A stretch of 50,720 nucleotides of DNA from a virus (taxonomy: Duplodnaviria; Caudoviricetes): positions 1 to 50,720 of IMG/VR virus record IMGVR_UViG_3300023179_000002; one strand, written 5' to 3'. This document shows positions 7,578 to 16,605 of the stretch, in pieces. Within the stretch, counting starts at the first letter, position 1. Each line of letters begins with the position of its first letter. The translations under genes were made by a program, and so were the position numbers. The notes below the pieces were generated by a model, which worked only from the letters and a program-made list of their open reading frames with translations, was not told the DNA's origin and did not search any database.

Positions 7578-7852
7578 CTGACATCGCCGCCGCAATGCTC
7601 GCCGTGTCGCTGATGACTGGCCTTCCCGTCCCGCCTCCGCCCATCGTGGTTGAGACGCGCGAGGAAATGCCTTGCGCTGGCGAAGCAAAAAGGCCAGTCG
7701 GCTTGTACTGCATGGGCCATGTTTGGTTGCGCGATGACGCAACACAAGCTGTCGCTGTGCATGAGATGGTTCACCATTACCAACATCACTACCACGCCGA
7801 GATGTTGGAATTACATGCGTATGAACTTGAACGGAAATGGAGCAGACAATGA
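7574..7852 (+). CDS. Small zincin-like (HExxH) protein
   Basis: VHEMVHH plus downstream ExxAY; hydrophobic N-terminus; TTG start overlapping the cysS stop. Confidence 0.6.
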   Translation: MTDIAAAMLAVSLMTGLPVPPPPIVVETREEMPCAGEAKRPVGLYCMGHVWLRDDATQAVAVHEMVHHYQHHYHAEMLELHAYELERKWSRQ

Positions 7853-8064
7853 AAATCAAGGAAATAATCTCACAGCACCGTCGCGACTTTACTGCCGTGT
7901 ACGAATGCGAACACTGCGGGCGCACAGAACGTGGTAGTGGCTACGATGATGACAACTTCCACAGAAATGTTATACCTGCGAAAGTTTGCAGGTCATGCGG
8001 CAAAACAGCGGCAGATAACTATAGGCCGATGGCAACGAAATACGCAGCGCATGAGGTAGTGTGA
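7849..8064 (+). CDS. Small zinc-ribbon protein
   Basis: RRDF..YECEHCG ... CRSCG. Confidence 0.75.
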   Translation: MKIKEIISQHRRDFTAVYECEHCGRTERGSGYDDDNFHRNVIPAKVCRSCGKTAADNYRPMATKYAAHEVV

Positions 8065-8420
8065 TGACCGACACACTTGCAAAAATAGCCGAGCTGCAAA
8101 AGCAGATTGATGAGTTGAAAGCGAAGGCTGAGGTAGAGAAAGAGTGGCCGCAAAAAGGAGATACTGTTTATAGTTTGCACTCCGACGGTTATATTAATGT
8201 CATTGTTTGCGGATATGATGTTAAAGTGCTGGTAGAACGAACTGAACGCGGTGAAATATTCTTGACATTGGATGAAGCCAAGAAGCACGACCGCTGGAAA
8301 ATACTAGACAAAAAGCTGCGCGATTTGGGGGCATCTGAGGAGAATTATTTTCCTGTTTTACGGCAGATTATTGAAGCATACCCAGCAACACCAACAGGGC
8401 ATGAAAAGGAAGGTGAGTGA
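8061..8420 (+). CDS. Hypothetical protein
   Basis: 119 aa; C-terminus resembles that of the pentapeptide protein. Confidence 0.7.
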   Translation: MMTDTLAKIAELQKQIDELKAKAEVEKEWPQKGDTVYSLHSDGYINVIVCGYDVKVLVERTERGEIFLTLDEAKKHDRWKILDKKLRDLGASEENYFPVLRQIIEAYPATPTGHEKEGE

Positions 8421-8761
8421 TGACACACGACTACAGGCACACACTCACCCCTTGGGTGTTAGAAGATAGACGTGAGCGCGGCGAAGGATTTTCAATTAAG
8501 TCACCTTCGGTACATTACTCATCTTGCCTTGTTGCTCACTACATTGGCGAAAGTGACGCGAAGTTTATTGTGCGAGCCTGCAACACATATGATGCTTTGG
8601 TTCGGATATATGAAGCTGCGAAAAAAGTAATGGACTTACTCGAAAAGCACGGCTCAGACGCAGTGCCCCATTTAATGGATACCGACGAAAATTGCGGGCA
8701 GAAACTTCGTGAGTTTATTGCGGAATATACAAAGATTATCGAACCAAAAGCAGGTGAGTGA
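8417..8761 (+). CDS. Conserved phage protein
   Basis: TPW...DAKFIVRACN motif. Confidence 0.7.
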   Translation: MMTHDYRHTLTPWVLEDRRERGEGFSIKSPSVHYSSCLVAHYIGESDAKFIVRACNTYDALVRIYEAAKKVMDLLEKHGSDAVPHLMDTDENCGQKLREFIAEYTKIIEPKAGE

Positions 8762-8949
8762 TGACCAAGCAAGAAAAACACCATATTGGTGATGGGGTTT
8801 ATGTTCATCTAAACCAGTTTAACCAGATTGTGCTTGAGAGCAGTTTTGGCTTTGGTGGGGAGGCACAAAACGTCATTTATTTAGAACCTGACGTAATGCT
8901 TGAACTTATTAAGTTTTCATTACAAGCAAAGGCACGAAACAATGACTGA
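8758..8949 (+). CDS. Conserved small phage protein
   Basis: IGDGVYV...IYLEP motif. Confidence 0.7.
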   Translation: MMTKQEKHHIGDGVYVHLNQFNQIVLESSFGFGGEAQNVIYLEPDVMLELIKFSLQAKARNND

Positions 8950-9319
8950 CAAACCCGAACTTAAACCCTGCCCGTTTTGTGGTGGAACTGATTTGGAATT
9001 CGATTCCAATATATGTTGGGAGTGCAATCAGGAGAAACTTGTACAAGCCACTATAGAGTGTAAAAAATGCGACTGTACGATGTACGCTGACTACGATGAC
9101 GCACTAATAAAAAAATGGAACACGCGGCATGATGAAGCAGTTTTAGATGAGATTGAACACAGGTTTTCTTGCGTGCTTGAAAAGGCCACTGGAGGCATGA
9201 TGAGCAAGACGAATTACGATAAGCAAACTATGTACACACAAATAGATGAATTTTTAGACCGAGAACGCCAAGAAGCTTATCAAGAAGGCTACGATTGGGC
9301 AAAAAAGAAGGAAAGATGA
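8942..9319 (+). CDS. Lar-family restriction alleviation-like zinc protein
   Basis: ELKPCPFCGG ... CxxC ... WNTR. Confidence 0.75.
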   Translation: MTDKPELKPCPFCGGTDLEFDSNICWECNQEKLVQATIECKKCDCTMYADYDDALIKKWNTRHDEAVLDEIEHRFSCVLEKATGGMMSKTNYDKQTMYTQIDEFLDRERQEAYQEGYDWAKKKER

Positions 9320-9582
9320 AACACGACCACAGAGATGCGCTGGAAAATGCTGCCACAAATAATATAGAGTTTTATTCCGATGGAACGCCAACTTTTAGAG
9401 GGTTAGATTGAAAGGCTCTCGAACGATGAACGACGACAGACACTCTTGCATAGGCGATTGCACGCCAAAAGAAAGCGCCGAGCAGTACGCGGACCACCAA
9501 GATTGCTGTGTGCGTTTGCTGCAAAAGCTTGGATTTCATGAATTGGCTGAACAAAGAACAAAATGCAGGAAGGGAGGGACCG

Positions 9583-9819
9583 ATGTCCGCAACGAACCAA
9601 CTGACTCTTGATTCTTTCCTTAAGTTTGTGGGAAAAGAGCCCACTGAAGCTTTTTACATGCTGGCAACCAGGGCGTTTTCTGCGTGGGAAGAGGAGTCCG
9701 TTACGGGGGAAGATGTGTGCCAATTTGCTCACGCACTTTTTGCCTTTACACTCGCCACTGTTTTAAGTAATATAGACGACAGAGAGGTAGAAAGAAGCCC
9801 CCATGAATCAATCCATTAA
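9583..9819 (+). CDS. Hypothetical protein
   Basis: GGAGG RBS before MSATNQ. Confidence 0.55.
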   Translation: MSATNQLTLDSFLKFVGKEPTEAFYMLATRAFSAWEEESVTGEDVCQFAHALFAFTLATVLSNIDDREVERSPHESIH

Positions 9820-10162
9820 ACTATCCGAGGCTTCGCTACGATTAAACCCTAGGGTTTTTGTCACCCAAGGCACTGACCTTGATTTATCCAAAGCGGCCCG
9901 TTTTGGCGAGCTTGAGGTTATCATGCCCACTCGCACAAATATTGTAGCGGCCTCCAACCCCACCTTCTGGCGTATTTTTGATGGCCTCAAAGATTTTAAT
10001 GGCGACACCGACTACCTTCTTCCGCTGGGGGATCCTGTTGTTATCGGACTTACTTTTTTATCGCTGGCGGAAAAGAACTTAGAGACCCTGCGAATACTTA
10101 AATGGGACCGACACCTCAACGACTACTATGTCGTTAAACTTAACCCGCGGAGGAAACCATGA
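9803..10162 (+). CDS. Conserved phage protein, small Rossmann-like alpha/beta fold
   Basis: VFVTQ..A.RFGEL...DYLLPLGDP...LKWDR..Y. Confidence 0.75.
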   Translation: MNQSIKLSEASLRLNPRVFVTQGTDLDLSKAARFGELEVIMPTRTNIVAASNPTFWRIFDGLKDFNGDTDYLLPLGDPVVIGLTFLSLAEKNLETLRILKWDRHLNDYYVVKLNPRRKP

Positions 10163-10764
10163 ATCTTGGACCCTTAACCTTGGATAACCTATTTGAGGAC
10201 AGTCAAACCATGGTTCCGATCAAGGGGACTGCTCCTTCCTTGGCGGAACTTCAAGCCGTTGGGAAACAAATACAGGACATCGATAATTTAATAATGTCCT
10301 TGGAGGAACGGTTAAAGATTGCGAAAGAGCAACGAGAACACCTCTCAGAGCAACGGCTACCGGATCTTATGGCAGCGTTGCAGCTTAAAAGTTTTACCTT
10401 GGAGGACGGAACAGTGTTCGAGACCGCCCAGATGGTGAGTGCCTCCATTAAGGAAGATAAAAGAGAGGATGCTCACGCATGGCTAAGAGCGCGTGGTCTG
10501 GGGGACATTATTAAAAACGAAGTTATTACCACTTTTGGGGCAGGGGAGGACGAAGACGCCCAGCGCCTTATGGAAACTGTCCGAGACCTCTCTTCAGAAG
10601 GTAAGATAAATTATGGTAAACTCGATCGAGTGGAGCGGGTTCACCCACAAACCCTTAAATCAATGGTCAAAGACCGTTTGGCGAAAGGGCAAGATTTGGA
10701 TGTCGAACTTCTCGGTATTTTCATTAAGGATGTTGCCGTAATGAAGATGGCCAAGAAAAGGTAA
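10159..10764 (+). CDS. Conserved phage replication-module protein
   Basis: LPDLM...WLR..GLGDIIKNEV...VHPQTLK pattern; GGAGG RBS. Confidence 0.8.
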   Translation: MNLGPLTLDNLFEDSQTMVPIKGTAPSLAELQAVGKQIQDIDNLIMSLEERLKIAKEQREHLSEQRLPDLMAALQLKSFTLEDGTVFETAQMVSASIKEDKREDAHAWLRARGLGDIIKNEVITTFGAGEDEDAQRLMETVRDLSSEGKINYGKLDRVERVHPQTLKSMVKDRLAKGQDLDVELLGIFIKDVAVMKMAKKR

Positions 10765-10829
10765 CGTCGACCTGCGACAGACGTGACAGCTTGGATAGAC
10801 AAGCATAACCAAGAAAGTGAGAACGAAAC

Positions 10830-11654
10830 ATGACCAAACAAGCAAAATCCAAAGAACTGGCTTCAGTAAAGTCAACTGAGCTTGCTCTTGTCGATACGGA
10901 TCTTATCAGCATGGTCGCTGAAGATTCAGGGATGGGTTTGCAGAATCTTAGCAGCAATGACATGCAGACGCCTATTCTGCGGTTGCTGCAAGCCAATTCT
11001 CCTATCTGCAAGAAATCGGACCCTGCTTATGTTCAAGGGGCCACCGAAGGGGACTTCTATAACAACGTAACGGGAAAAGTGTACAGCGGAGAGGAGGGGA
11101 TTAATGTCATCCCTTGCCACTTCGAGAAAGTGTATATCGAGTGGAAAGCAGGACGGAATGGTCTGGCGGGGATTCACCCTTCGGACACACCTAAGCTTGC
11201 AGAGCTACGCACCGTAAAAAATCAGGAAGGTCGAGAAGTACAAGTGCTTCCTAACGGGAACGAGTTTGTTGAAACAAACCAGCACTATATTCTTATCCTG
11301 AACGAAGACGGTACGTTTGAACCTGCGGTGCTCGGTATGTCGTCCAGTGCTCTTTCAGCATCGCGTCGGTGGAACACGTTGATGAAACAAGTCATCCTGA
11401 AAAAGGACGGGCGCAGTTTTATCGCTCCCAGCTTTTATACCGTATACAAAGTGCAGTCCAAGACTTCGGTCAAAGACAAGTATAGCTGGGCCTCGTTTAA
11501 TATCAGCCCTGTGGGTCCTGTCTCATCGGTCGATGTCTACAACGCCGCAAAAAATTTCCATCGTAGCATTGCTGAGGGACGGGTTAAAGTGAAACATGAG
11601 GTTCCTGACGAGGCTCCTGCGTCGTCAGTCAATGTATCTGACCTTGACGGATAA
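10830..11654 (+). CDS. Putative single-stranded DNA-binding protein
   Basis: P.LRLLQ..SP and YIEW motifs, acidic C-terminal tail, position next to the primase. Confidence 0.65.
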   Translation: MTKQAKSKELASVKSTELALVDTDLISMVAEDSGMGLQNLSSNDMQTPILRLLQANSPICKKSDPAYVQGATEGDFYNNVTGKVYSGEEGINVIPCHFEKVYIEWKAGRNGLAGIHPSDTPKLAELRTVKNQEGREVQVLPNGNEFVETNQHYILILNEDGTFEPAVLGMSSSALSASRRWNTLMKQVILKKDGRSFIAPSFYTVYKVQSKTSVKDKYSWASFNISPVGPVSSVDVYNAAKNFHRSIAEGRVKVKHEVPDEAPASSVNVSDLDG

Positions 11655-11657
11655 TGG

Positions 11658-14159
11658 ATGGGCACCCCTATGGCCTTTGATCCTCGAACTGCGCCCGAAG
11701 GAAAAAGGGTATACTGTCACGAGTGTCTCATGTGGATTAGTGACCACATGCGGAAAGACCTCTATGCAGCGTATCGAACCAACAGTGCAGGAAAAGGACT
11801 TTATCTCCCCGTGGAGGAAAAAGTCACTAACAGACTTCTTTCCGAACATATCGCGGGGGAAAAACCCATAGGACAATATCTTTTGCTGCCACCTGAACGC
11901 AATACAGTTCGGGTGGCAGTGATCGATATTGACGATAAAAAAAGACAAAAGGATTGGAAAGACCTGTGCGGGATTGCGGCGCATATTTGCGACACGCTAG
12001 GGTCTGCCTATGCTCCATGGGTATGCCGCTCTGGCTCTGGTCACGGTATCCATATATGGTTTTTCTGGCCCTCTCCGCAGCGGGCAGTTTATGTGCGACA
12101 AGCGTTACGCCCTGTTGTGGACAAGATGCGGGTTAAATACGATGTAAGCATTGACTTGTTTCCCGCGCAGGATGAAGCAGCCCAGCTTGGGAACCTTGTC
12201 GCCGTACCTTTCTCTCGCAAGTCGCGGTATATAACTAATTTGGGCACCGGCGATGTCCATAGTGACCTTTCGACATGGGAAGGCCCTCTGCCACGTTACT
12301 CGGCAGATCTGTATGAACAACAGATCATGGACCTTGATTCCTTGATCGAGGACGCTGGAAAAGGCCTACCGTCAGAGAATGATGTTGCCTACGGCCCTGT
12401 GGACATACCCACAATTAAAGAGGCTCTCTCGTTTGTTTCGAACGATGACTACGCTGTCTGGATACGGGTAGGACTAGCTTTGAAAACAGCAGCGGGTAGC
12501 GGGCAGCTTACAGATGAGGAAGGGAAAGAGATTTGGGATTCATGGTCGAAGAACAGCCCTAAGTACGATGCTTGGAGAATTAACTACGACTGGAACAGGT
12601 TTAATGAGAGACGCAGTGGCGTAACGCTGGGCACCGTCTGGCACTATGCCTATCGCGGCGGATGGAAGGGCCCTGCACCGTCTGCCGTGGCTAATGACAC
12701 ACCTTCGGAGGCGCCTTCTCCCCCTGTGATGTCAGCAGCACAGGGGCAAAACAAAAACCCGACATCTTCCGGTGGGTCTGAAAATATACAAGAAGTGAAC
12801 CGAGATCATTTTGTGGCACGGGAAGGAAGTAAGTATTTTATATTCAAGGAAGTTTTGGACGATGATTTTAAACGGCAGTCCGTTGTGAGGTTGACCAAGC
12901 AAGATTTTCTAATTGAGTTAGCGAATAAAATGGAGCTGTCGTATACAAAGACCGGACGACTAAGCAGTGAACCCTTGGCAGAGGCGTGGTTAAAAAGCCC
13001 CCACCGGCGGCAGTACGAGAGTATTGTTTTCAACCCTGAGGGAGCTCCGGAAAACACCTACAACCTGTGGCGTGGATTTACGGTTAAGCCTTCCTCCGAA
13101 GGCTCTTGCGAATTGTTTAAAGAGCATGTGCTCAACAACATCTGCCGAGGGGATGAGAACGTCTATAACTACGTCATGAATTGGTGTGCGTTTACGATAC
13201 AGTTCCCTGGCACTCCGATTGGAACTGCTCTTGTTCTACGAGGTGGACAAGGCACAGGCAAAGGAACCTTAGCTAAGGTTATTGGTAATTTGTTCGGCCA
13301 GCACTTTATTCACGCCTCTAATAAAAACACCGTTTTTGGCCGATTTAATGCGTGCCTCCACGACTGCATCCTTCTATTTCTGGACGAAGCGTATTGGGCG
13401 GGGGCGAAGGCAGAACAATCAACTCTTAAAGCTTTAATCACCGAGCCTACGCTTCAAATTGAAGGTAAGAATAGAGACACGATCACGACCAAAAATATGG
13501 TGCACACCATCATCGCCACCAATAATGATTGGTCGGTTCCCACTGACTTGGACGATCGTCGTTTCCTAACGCTTCATGTCGCAGACACACGGGCCAGAGA
13601 CTACACCTACTTTAACGCACTATACGATCAGTTGAAACGAGGCGGCTACTCGCGGTTGTTGTACGAACTGCAACAGCGTCAAGTTTCGGAGTTTCAGCCA
13701 GCGGCCATTCCAGGTACACCAGAATTGTGGGTACAAAAAAGAAACTCACTATCAAGTATCGGAGAATGGTGGCTGGAGCGATTGCAGCAAGGGACACCTG
13801 GTTCTAGCATTAAAGATTGGGATGTTGCTGTTCCTGTTACGGCTATGTACCACGATTATGTAGACTACTGCGAGCTGGCAAAAATTCGTTCGACCGGAAC
13901 AAGTACTTGGTTTATGCGGAAGCTTTCAGAGATGATCCAACACAGGGAGATCGCTGACCGACGAACTTTAACAGAGGGGATTGTTACCCGAAAAGGTGTG
14001 CTTGAGCCTGGCACACGCCAAGTGTTTTGGCGACTGCCTTCATTAAAAGAATGCCGTGAGATTTTTGCGTTACAGGCCAAGGCAGAGATCATCTGGGACA
14101 GTATCCCTGAAACTGTCGCCCAAAAGAAAAGGAGAGAGTCCGATGAAATACTTATCTAA
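11658..14159 (+). CDS. Primase-helicase (AEP-like + PriCT-2 + SF3/D5-like helicase)
   Basis: IDID and SGSGHGIHIW primase motifs; DDY..W..VG.AL..W..WS PriCT-2; GGQGTGKG Walker A, FLDE Walker B. Confidence 0.9.
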   Translation: MGTPMAFDPRTAPEGKRVYCHECLMWISDHMRKDLYAAYRTNSAGKGLYLPVEEKVTNRLLSEHIAGEKPIGQYLLLPPERNTVRVAVIDIDDKKRQKDWKDLCGIAAHICDTLGSAYAPWVCRSGSGHGIHIWFFWPSPQRAVYVRQALRPVVDKMRVKYDVSIDLFPAQDEAAQLGNLVAVPFSRKSRYITNLGTGDVHSDLSTWEGPLPRYSADLYEQQIMDLDSLIEDAGKGLPSENDVAYGPVDIPTIKEALSFVSNDDYAVWIRVGLALKTAAGSGQLTDEEGKEIWDSWSKNSPKYDAWRINYDWNRFNERRSGVTLGTVWHYAYRGGWKGPAPSAVANDTPSEAPSPPVMSAAQGQNKNPTSSGGSENIQEVNRDHFVAREGSKYFIFKEVLDDDFKRQSVVRLTKQDFLIELANKMELSYTKTGRLSSEPLAEAWLKSPHRRQYESIVFNPEGAPENTYNLWRGFTVKPSSEGSCELFKEHVLNNICRGDENVYNYVMNWCAFTIQFPGTPIGTALVLRGGQGTGKGTLAKVIGNLFGQHFIHASNKNTVFGRFNACLHDCILLFLDEAYWAGAKAEQSTLKALITEPTLQIEGKNRDTITTKNMVHTIIATNNDWSVPTDLDDRRFLTLHVADTRARDYTYFNALYDQLKRGGYSRLLYELQQRQVSEFQPAAIPGTPELWVQKRNSLSSIGEWWLERLQQGTPGSSIKDWDVAVPVTAMYHDYVDYCELAKIRSTGTSTWFMRKLSEMIQHREIADRRTLTEGIVTRKGVLEPGTRQVFWRLPSLKECREIFALQAKAEIIWDSIPETVAQKKRRESDEILI

Positions 14160-14258
14160 CCTGTGCCGTTATTTCAGTAAGTTGTTTATGAAAAAGGAAG
14201 AGACACTTTATGTGCGGATGTTAAAATTTCATATTGCGAACACAACGCGGATATACCG

Positions 14259-14528
14259 ATGAACGATACGGAACGAACCGCGGCAAAAATCCTGCATGAC
14301 CTGGAAGAAAGATCCGCACTCGGCCCTGCTCAAAAATCCATACTTATACAAAACCACATCTCGGAACGTGTTGAAGAGGCGCGGGATCAGATTTGTTTTA
14401 TGCTGTATTCTCGCCTTCAGGTCGAAAAAGTATATCGGCTTGAAGCCAAAGTCCCTGCACCTGAATCCCTATATTTTTCTCGTGCCCTAGAAGAGCTTAT
14501 CGAGTTTATAAAAAGTTCTCCCGTTTAA
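14259..14528 (+). CDS. Hypothetical protein
   Basis: 89 aa ORF within the operon. Confidence 0.5.
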   Translation: MNDTERTAAKILHDLEERSALGPAQKSILIQNHISERVEEARDQICFMLYSRLQVEKVYRLEAKVPAPESLYFSRALEELIEFIKSSPV

Positions 14529-14560
14529 CTTTCTTTTAACCATAGCGCGTGTATATATCC
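14525..14560 (+). promoter_or_regulatory. CtrA box with downstream -10-like element
   Basis: TTAA-CTTTCTT-TTAAC (14525-14540), then TATATA, ahead of the polymerase gene block. Confidence 0.6.
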
Positions 14561-14613
14561 AACGGCTCGCAGAATAGTTCTGCAAGCATAGAAAGCTAGA
14601 AAGGAAGGTTGGT

Positions 14614-14727
14614 ATGTATCATGATGCTGACAATGACGATGGACACCACAACGTGGGCCTTGAAGTTGGCTCTCTCGTTTTGGTCTTTTTAATTACGTTC
14701 TGTTTCCTCTTGAAGATATACGGTTAG
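14614..14727 (+). CDS. 37 aa single-TM protein
   Basis: AAGGAAGG RBS; LVLVFLITFCFLL. Confidence 0.5.
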   Translation: MYHDADNDDGHHNVGLEVGSLVLVFLITFCFLLKIYG

Positions 14728-14735
14728 GGGGAATC

Positions 14736-14951
14736 ATGGGCTACTACATTGAGCACGGCGCAGCGACAGGTGATCCGAGTGGATTATTTATCGGCATCAT
14801 TGCTGCGGCCATTATTATCCCCATCATTAGTGGGATGAGTAACTTCATCGTCTCTAATGAAAGTCCACAGGACAGATATGTAAAATCTATCCGCAAGGAG
14901 CTTCAACGCCGCCGTAGACGGGAAGCAGACAAGTGGAGGGACTATGAATAG
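14736..14951 (+). CDS. Small single-TM protein
   Basis: LFIGIIAAAIIIPII followed by a basic tail. Confidence 0.6.
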   Translation: MGYYIEHGAATGDPSGLFIGIIAAAIIIPIISGMSNFIVSNESPQDRYVKSIRKELQRRRRREADKWRDYE

Positions 14952-15033
14952 CCACGAGGAAATTTCCCTTATCGGGGCGGTTTTACTTTTGCTGACATGG
15001 CTCTTTTCCTTGGGGGTAGGCAATGATACATGA
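14944..15033 (+). CDS. 29 aa single-TM protein
   Basis: GGAGG RBS; LIGAVLLLLTWLFSL. Confidence 0.45.
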   Translation: MNSHEEISLIGAVLLLLTWLFSLGVGNDT

Positions 15034-15214
15034 TCGATACCAACTTATGTGGTGTGCAGGTAGATTTTATCTATTTGACCGAACCAAGGGGAAACTTGTT
15101 GACGATTCTTGGTCCACACGAGAGCAAGCAGAAGCATACCTAAAGCTAGAACTGTCTGAGCAAAAGTTCGAAGACACAGTGTTTGCGCTTACTGCCTGTG
15201 CTGCTTGGAGATGA
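15023..15214 (+). CDS. Hypothetical protein
   Basis: 63 aa ORF within the operon. Confidence 0.5.
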   Translation: MIHDRYQLMWCAGRFYLFDRTKGKLVDDSWSTREQAEAYLKLELSEQKFEDTVFALTACAAWR

Positions 15215-15322
15215 GCAGAGTGTGGTCTCCCCAGAGACCACACTTCTCCTGACATTTACCATTTTTCTGTATACAGATATGACAATCTCGTGTATAGCTT
15301 TTCCCAGAGAGCTAGAGAACGC

Positions 15323-16390
15323 ATGACTCACCCCACAGGTCTCATTTATCTTGACGGTCCTGACGGCGCAGGAAAAACAACCTTAGCTAAGTACTTTGTG
15401 GAAAAGCACGATGCTCATTATGTGCATCTTACAAGACCCCCGCAAGGAGAGGCTTGGGCAGTTCATAGTAGCGCACTGTGCGATTGTTTAAGACGTTCGG
15501 TCTATCAGCTTGTTGTGCTGGATCGAAATTTCTTGAGTCACTGTATCTACAATCGGCTCTACCACTCAGGGGCAGAATATCCTTACGCCGCGCGGCACTT
15601 GGATAGGTTACTTTACCGGTATCGAGCACTAAGGGTTCTTTGTATCGCCCCCGTCGAGTACATTAAGTCGACACACAAACGTATGGTGGAAGAACGATCC
15701 GAGATGTACACCACAGGCATGGGAAAGGTTGCCCAAGCTTATCTAGACCTTTGGTCAGGAGACAAAGGGTTAATGCCCCATGACGTCCTTTCTTTGGATT
15801 ACACAGAACTGCTTACGGCACAGGGAGGTGTCTCACTACTGGACGATTGGCATCAGTATAATGTCCAAGAGGTTATCGAAGGGGAAACAACCTTAGCAGA
15901 GCAAGCGGATATATTGCTGCAGCATCTCGGTGCACGGTTCACAAGAGACAACGATCCTGATTTACGAAAAATATGTTTATCCGAAAGCTACAATCTGACA
16001 GGGTGTCCCACAAAGTTCTCTGTTTGTTTGGTAGGGGATCAGTTAAGTGTGGCGCCTCCAACAGAATCCTATCCTTTCCTTTATGACGACAATTCAAGTC
16101 AGTTTCTTGCTAGGACACTGCACCAGGTAGGCGCGGATGAAACCAAAATCTGCATCGTCAATTCGGATGGGTTTAGGTCTCCGTCTGACGAAGTTTTGTT
16201 TAACTATGCTGTGCGTAATGCTCATCGCGTTATTGCGCTGGGTGAACTGGCTTCAAAGCGTTTGGACAAGTGTCGGATACTGCATACGATGGTTCGGCAT
16301 CCGCAAGCAGCGCGGCAATTCAGTTACCATGACGATGGTTATATGCACGAGCTTCGTGCCGCATTACATCCGAAGAAAAAGAGCCGCTAA
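15323..16390 (+). CDS. dNMP/thymidylate kinase-like P-loop domain fused to a UDG-superfamily-like domain
   Basis: LDGPDGAGKTT and VLDR..LS..IY; C-terminal LVGDQ..PF..S..FL..VN..VIALG..HP. Confidence 0.75.
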   Translation: MTHPTGLIYLDGPDGAGKTTLAKYFVEKHDAHYVHLTRPPQGEAWAVHSSALCDCLRRSVYQLVVLDRNFLSHCIYNRLYHSGAEYPYAARHLDRLLYRYRALRVLCIAPVEYIKSTHKRMVEERSEMYTTGMGKVAQAYLDLWSGDKGLMPHDVLSLDYTELLTAQGGVSLLDDWHQYNVQEVIEGETTLAEQADILLQHLGARFTRDNDPDLRKICLSESYNLTGCPTKFSVCLVGDQLSVAPPTESYPFLYDDNSSQFLARTLHQVGADETKICIVNSDGFRSPSDEVLFNYAVRNAHRVIALGELASKRLDKCRILHTMVRHPQAARQFSYHDDGYMHELRAALHPKKKSR

Positions 16391-16605
16391 TGATGATCGA
16401 GCACGACTTCGACCGTGAGTGGTACCAAGAGGTCATTGACCTGTGTATGCGTTATGACGACATTTTCTCCGCATGGGAGCTTGACTTCATTAGTAGTCAA
16501 CATGAACGTCTCGAACTAGATTCTCAGTATACTCCGTCCGAGAAACAAAGAGACATCTACACGCGGCTGCATACCAAACTTCTCACGCACGGATTTACAC
16601 AATGA
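16390..16605 (+). CDS. Conserved small phage protein
   Basis: SAWELDFISS...SEKQ. Confidence 0.65.
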   Translation: MMIEHDFDREWYQEVIDLCMRYDDIFSAWELDFISSQHERLELDSQYTPSEKQRDIYTRLHTKLLTHGFTQ

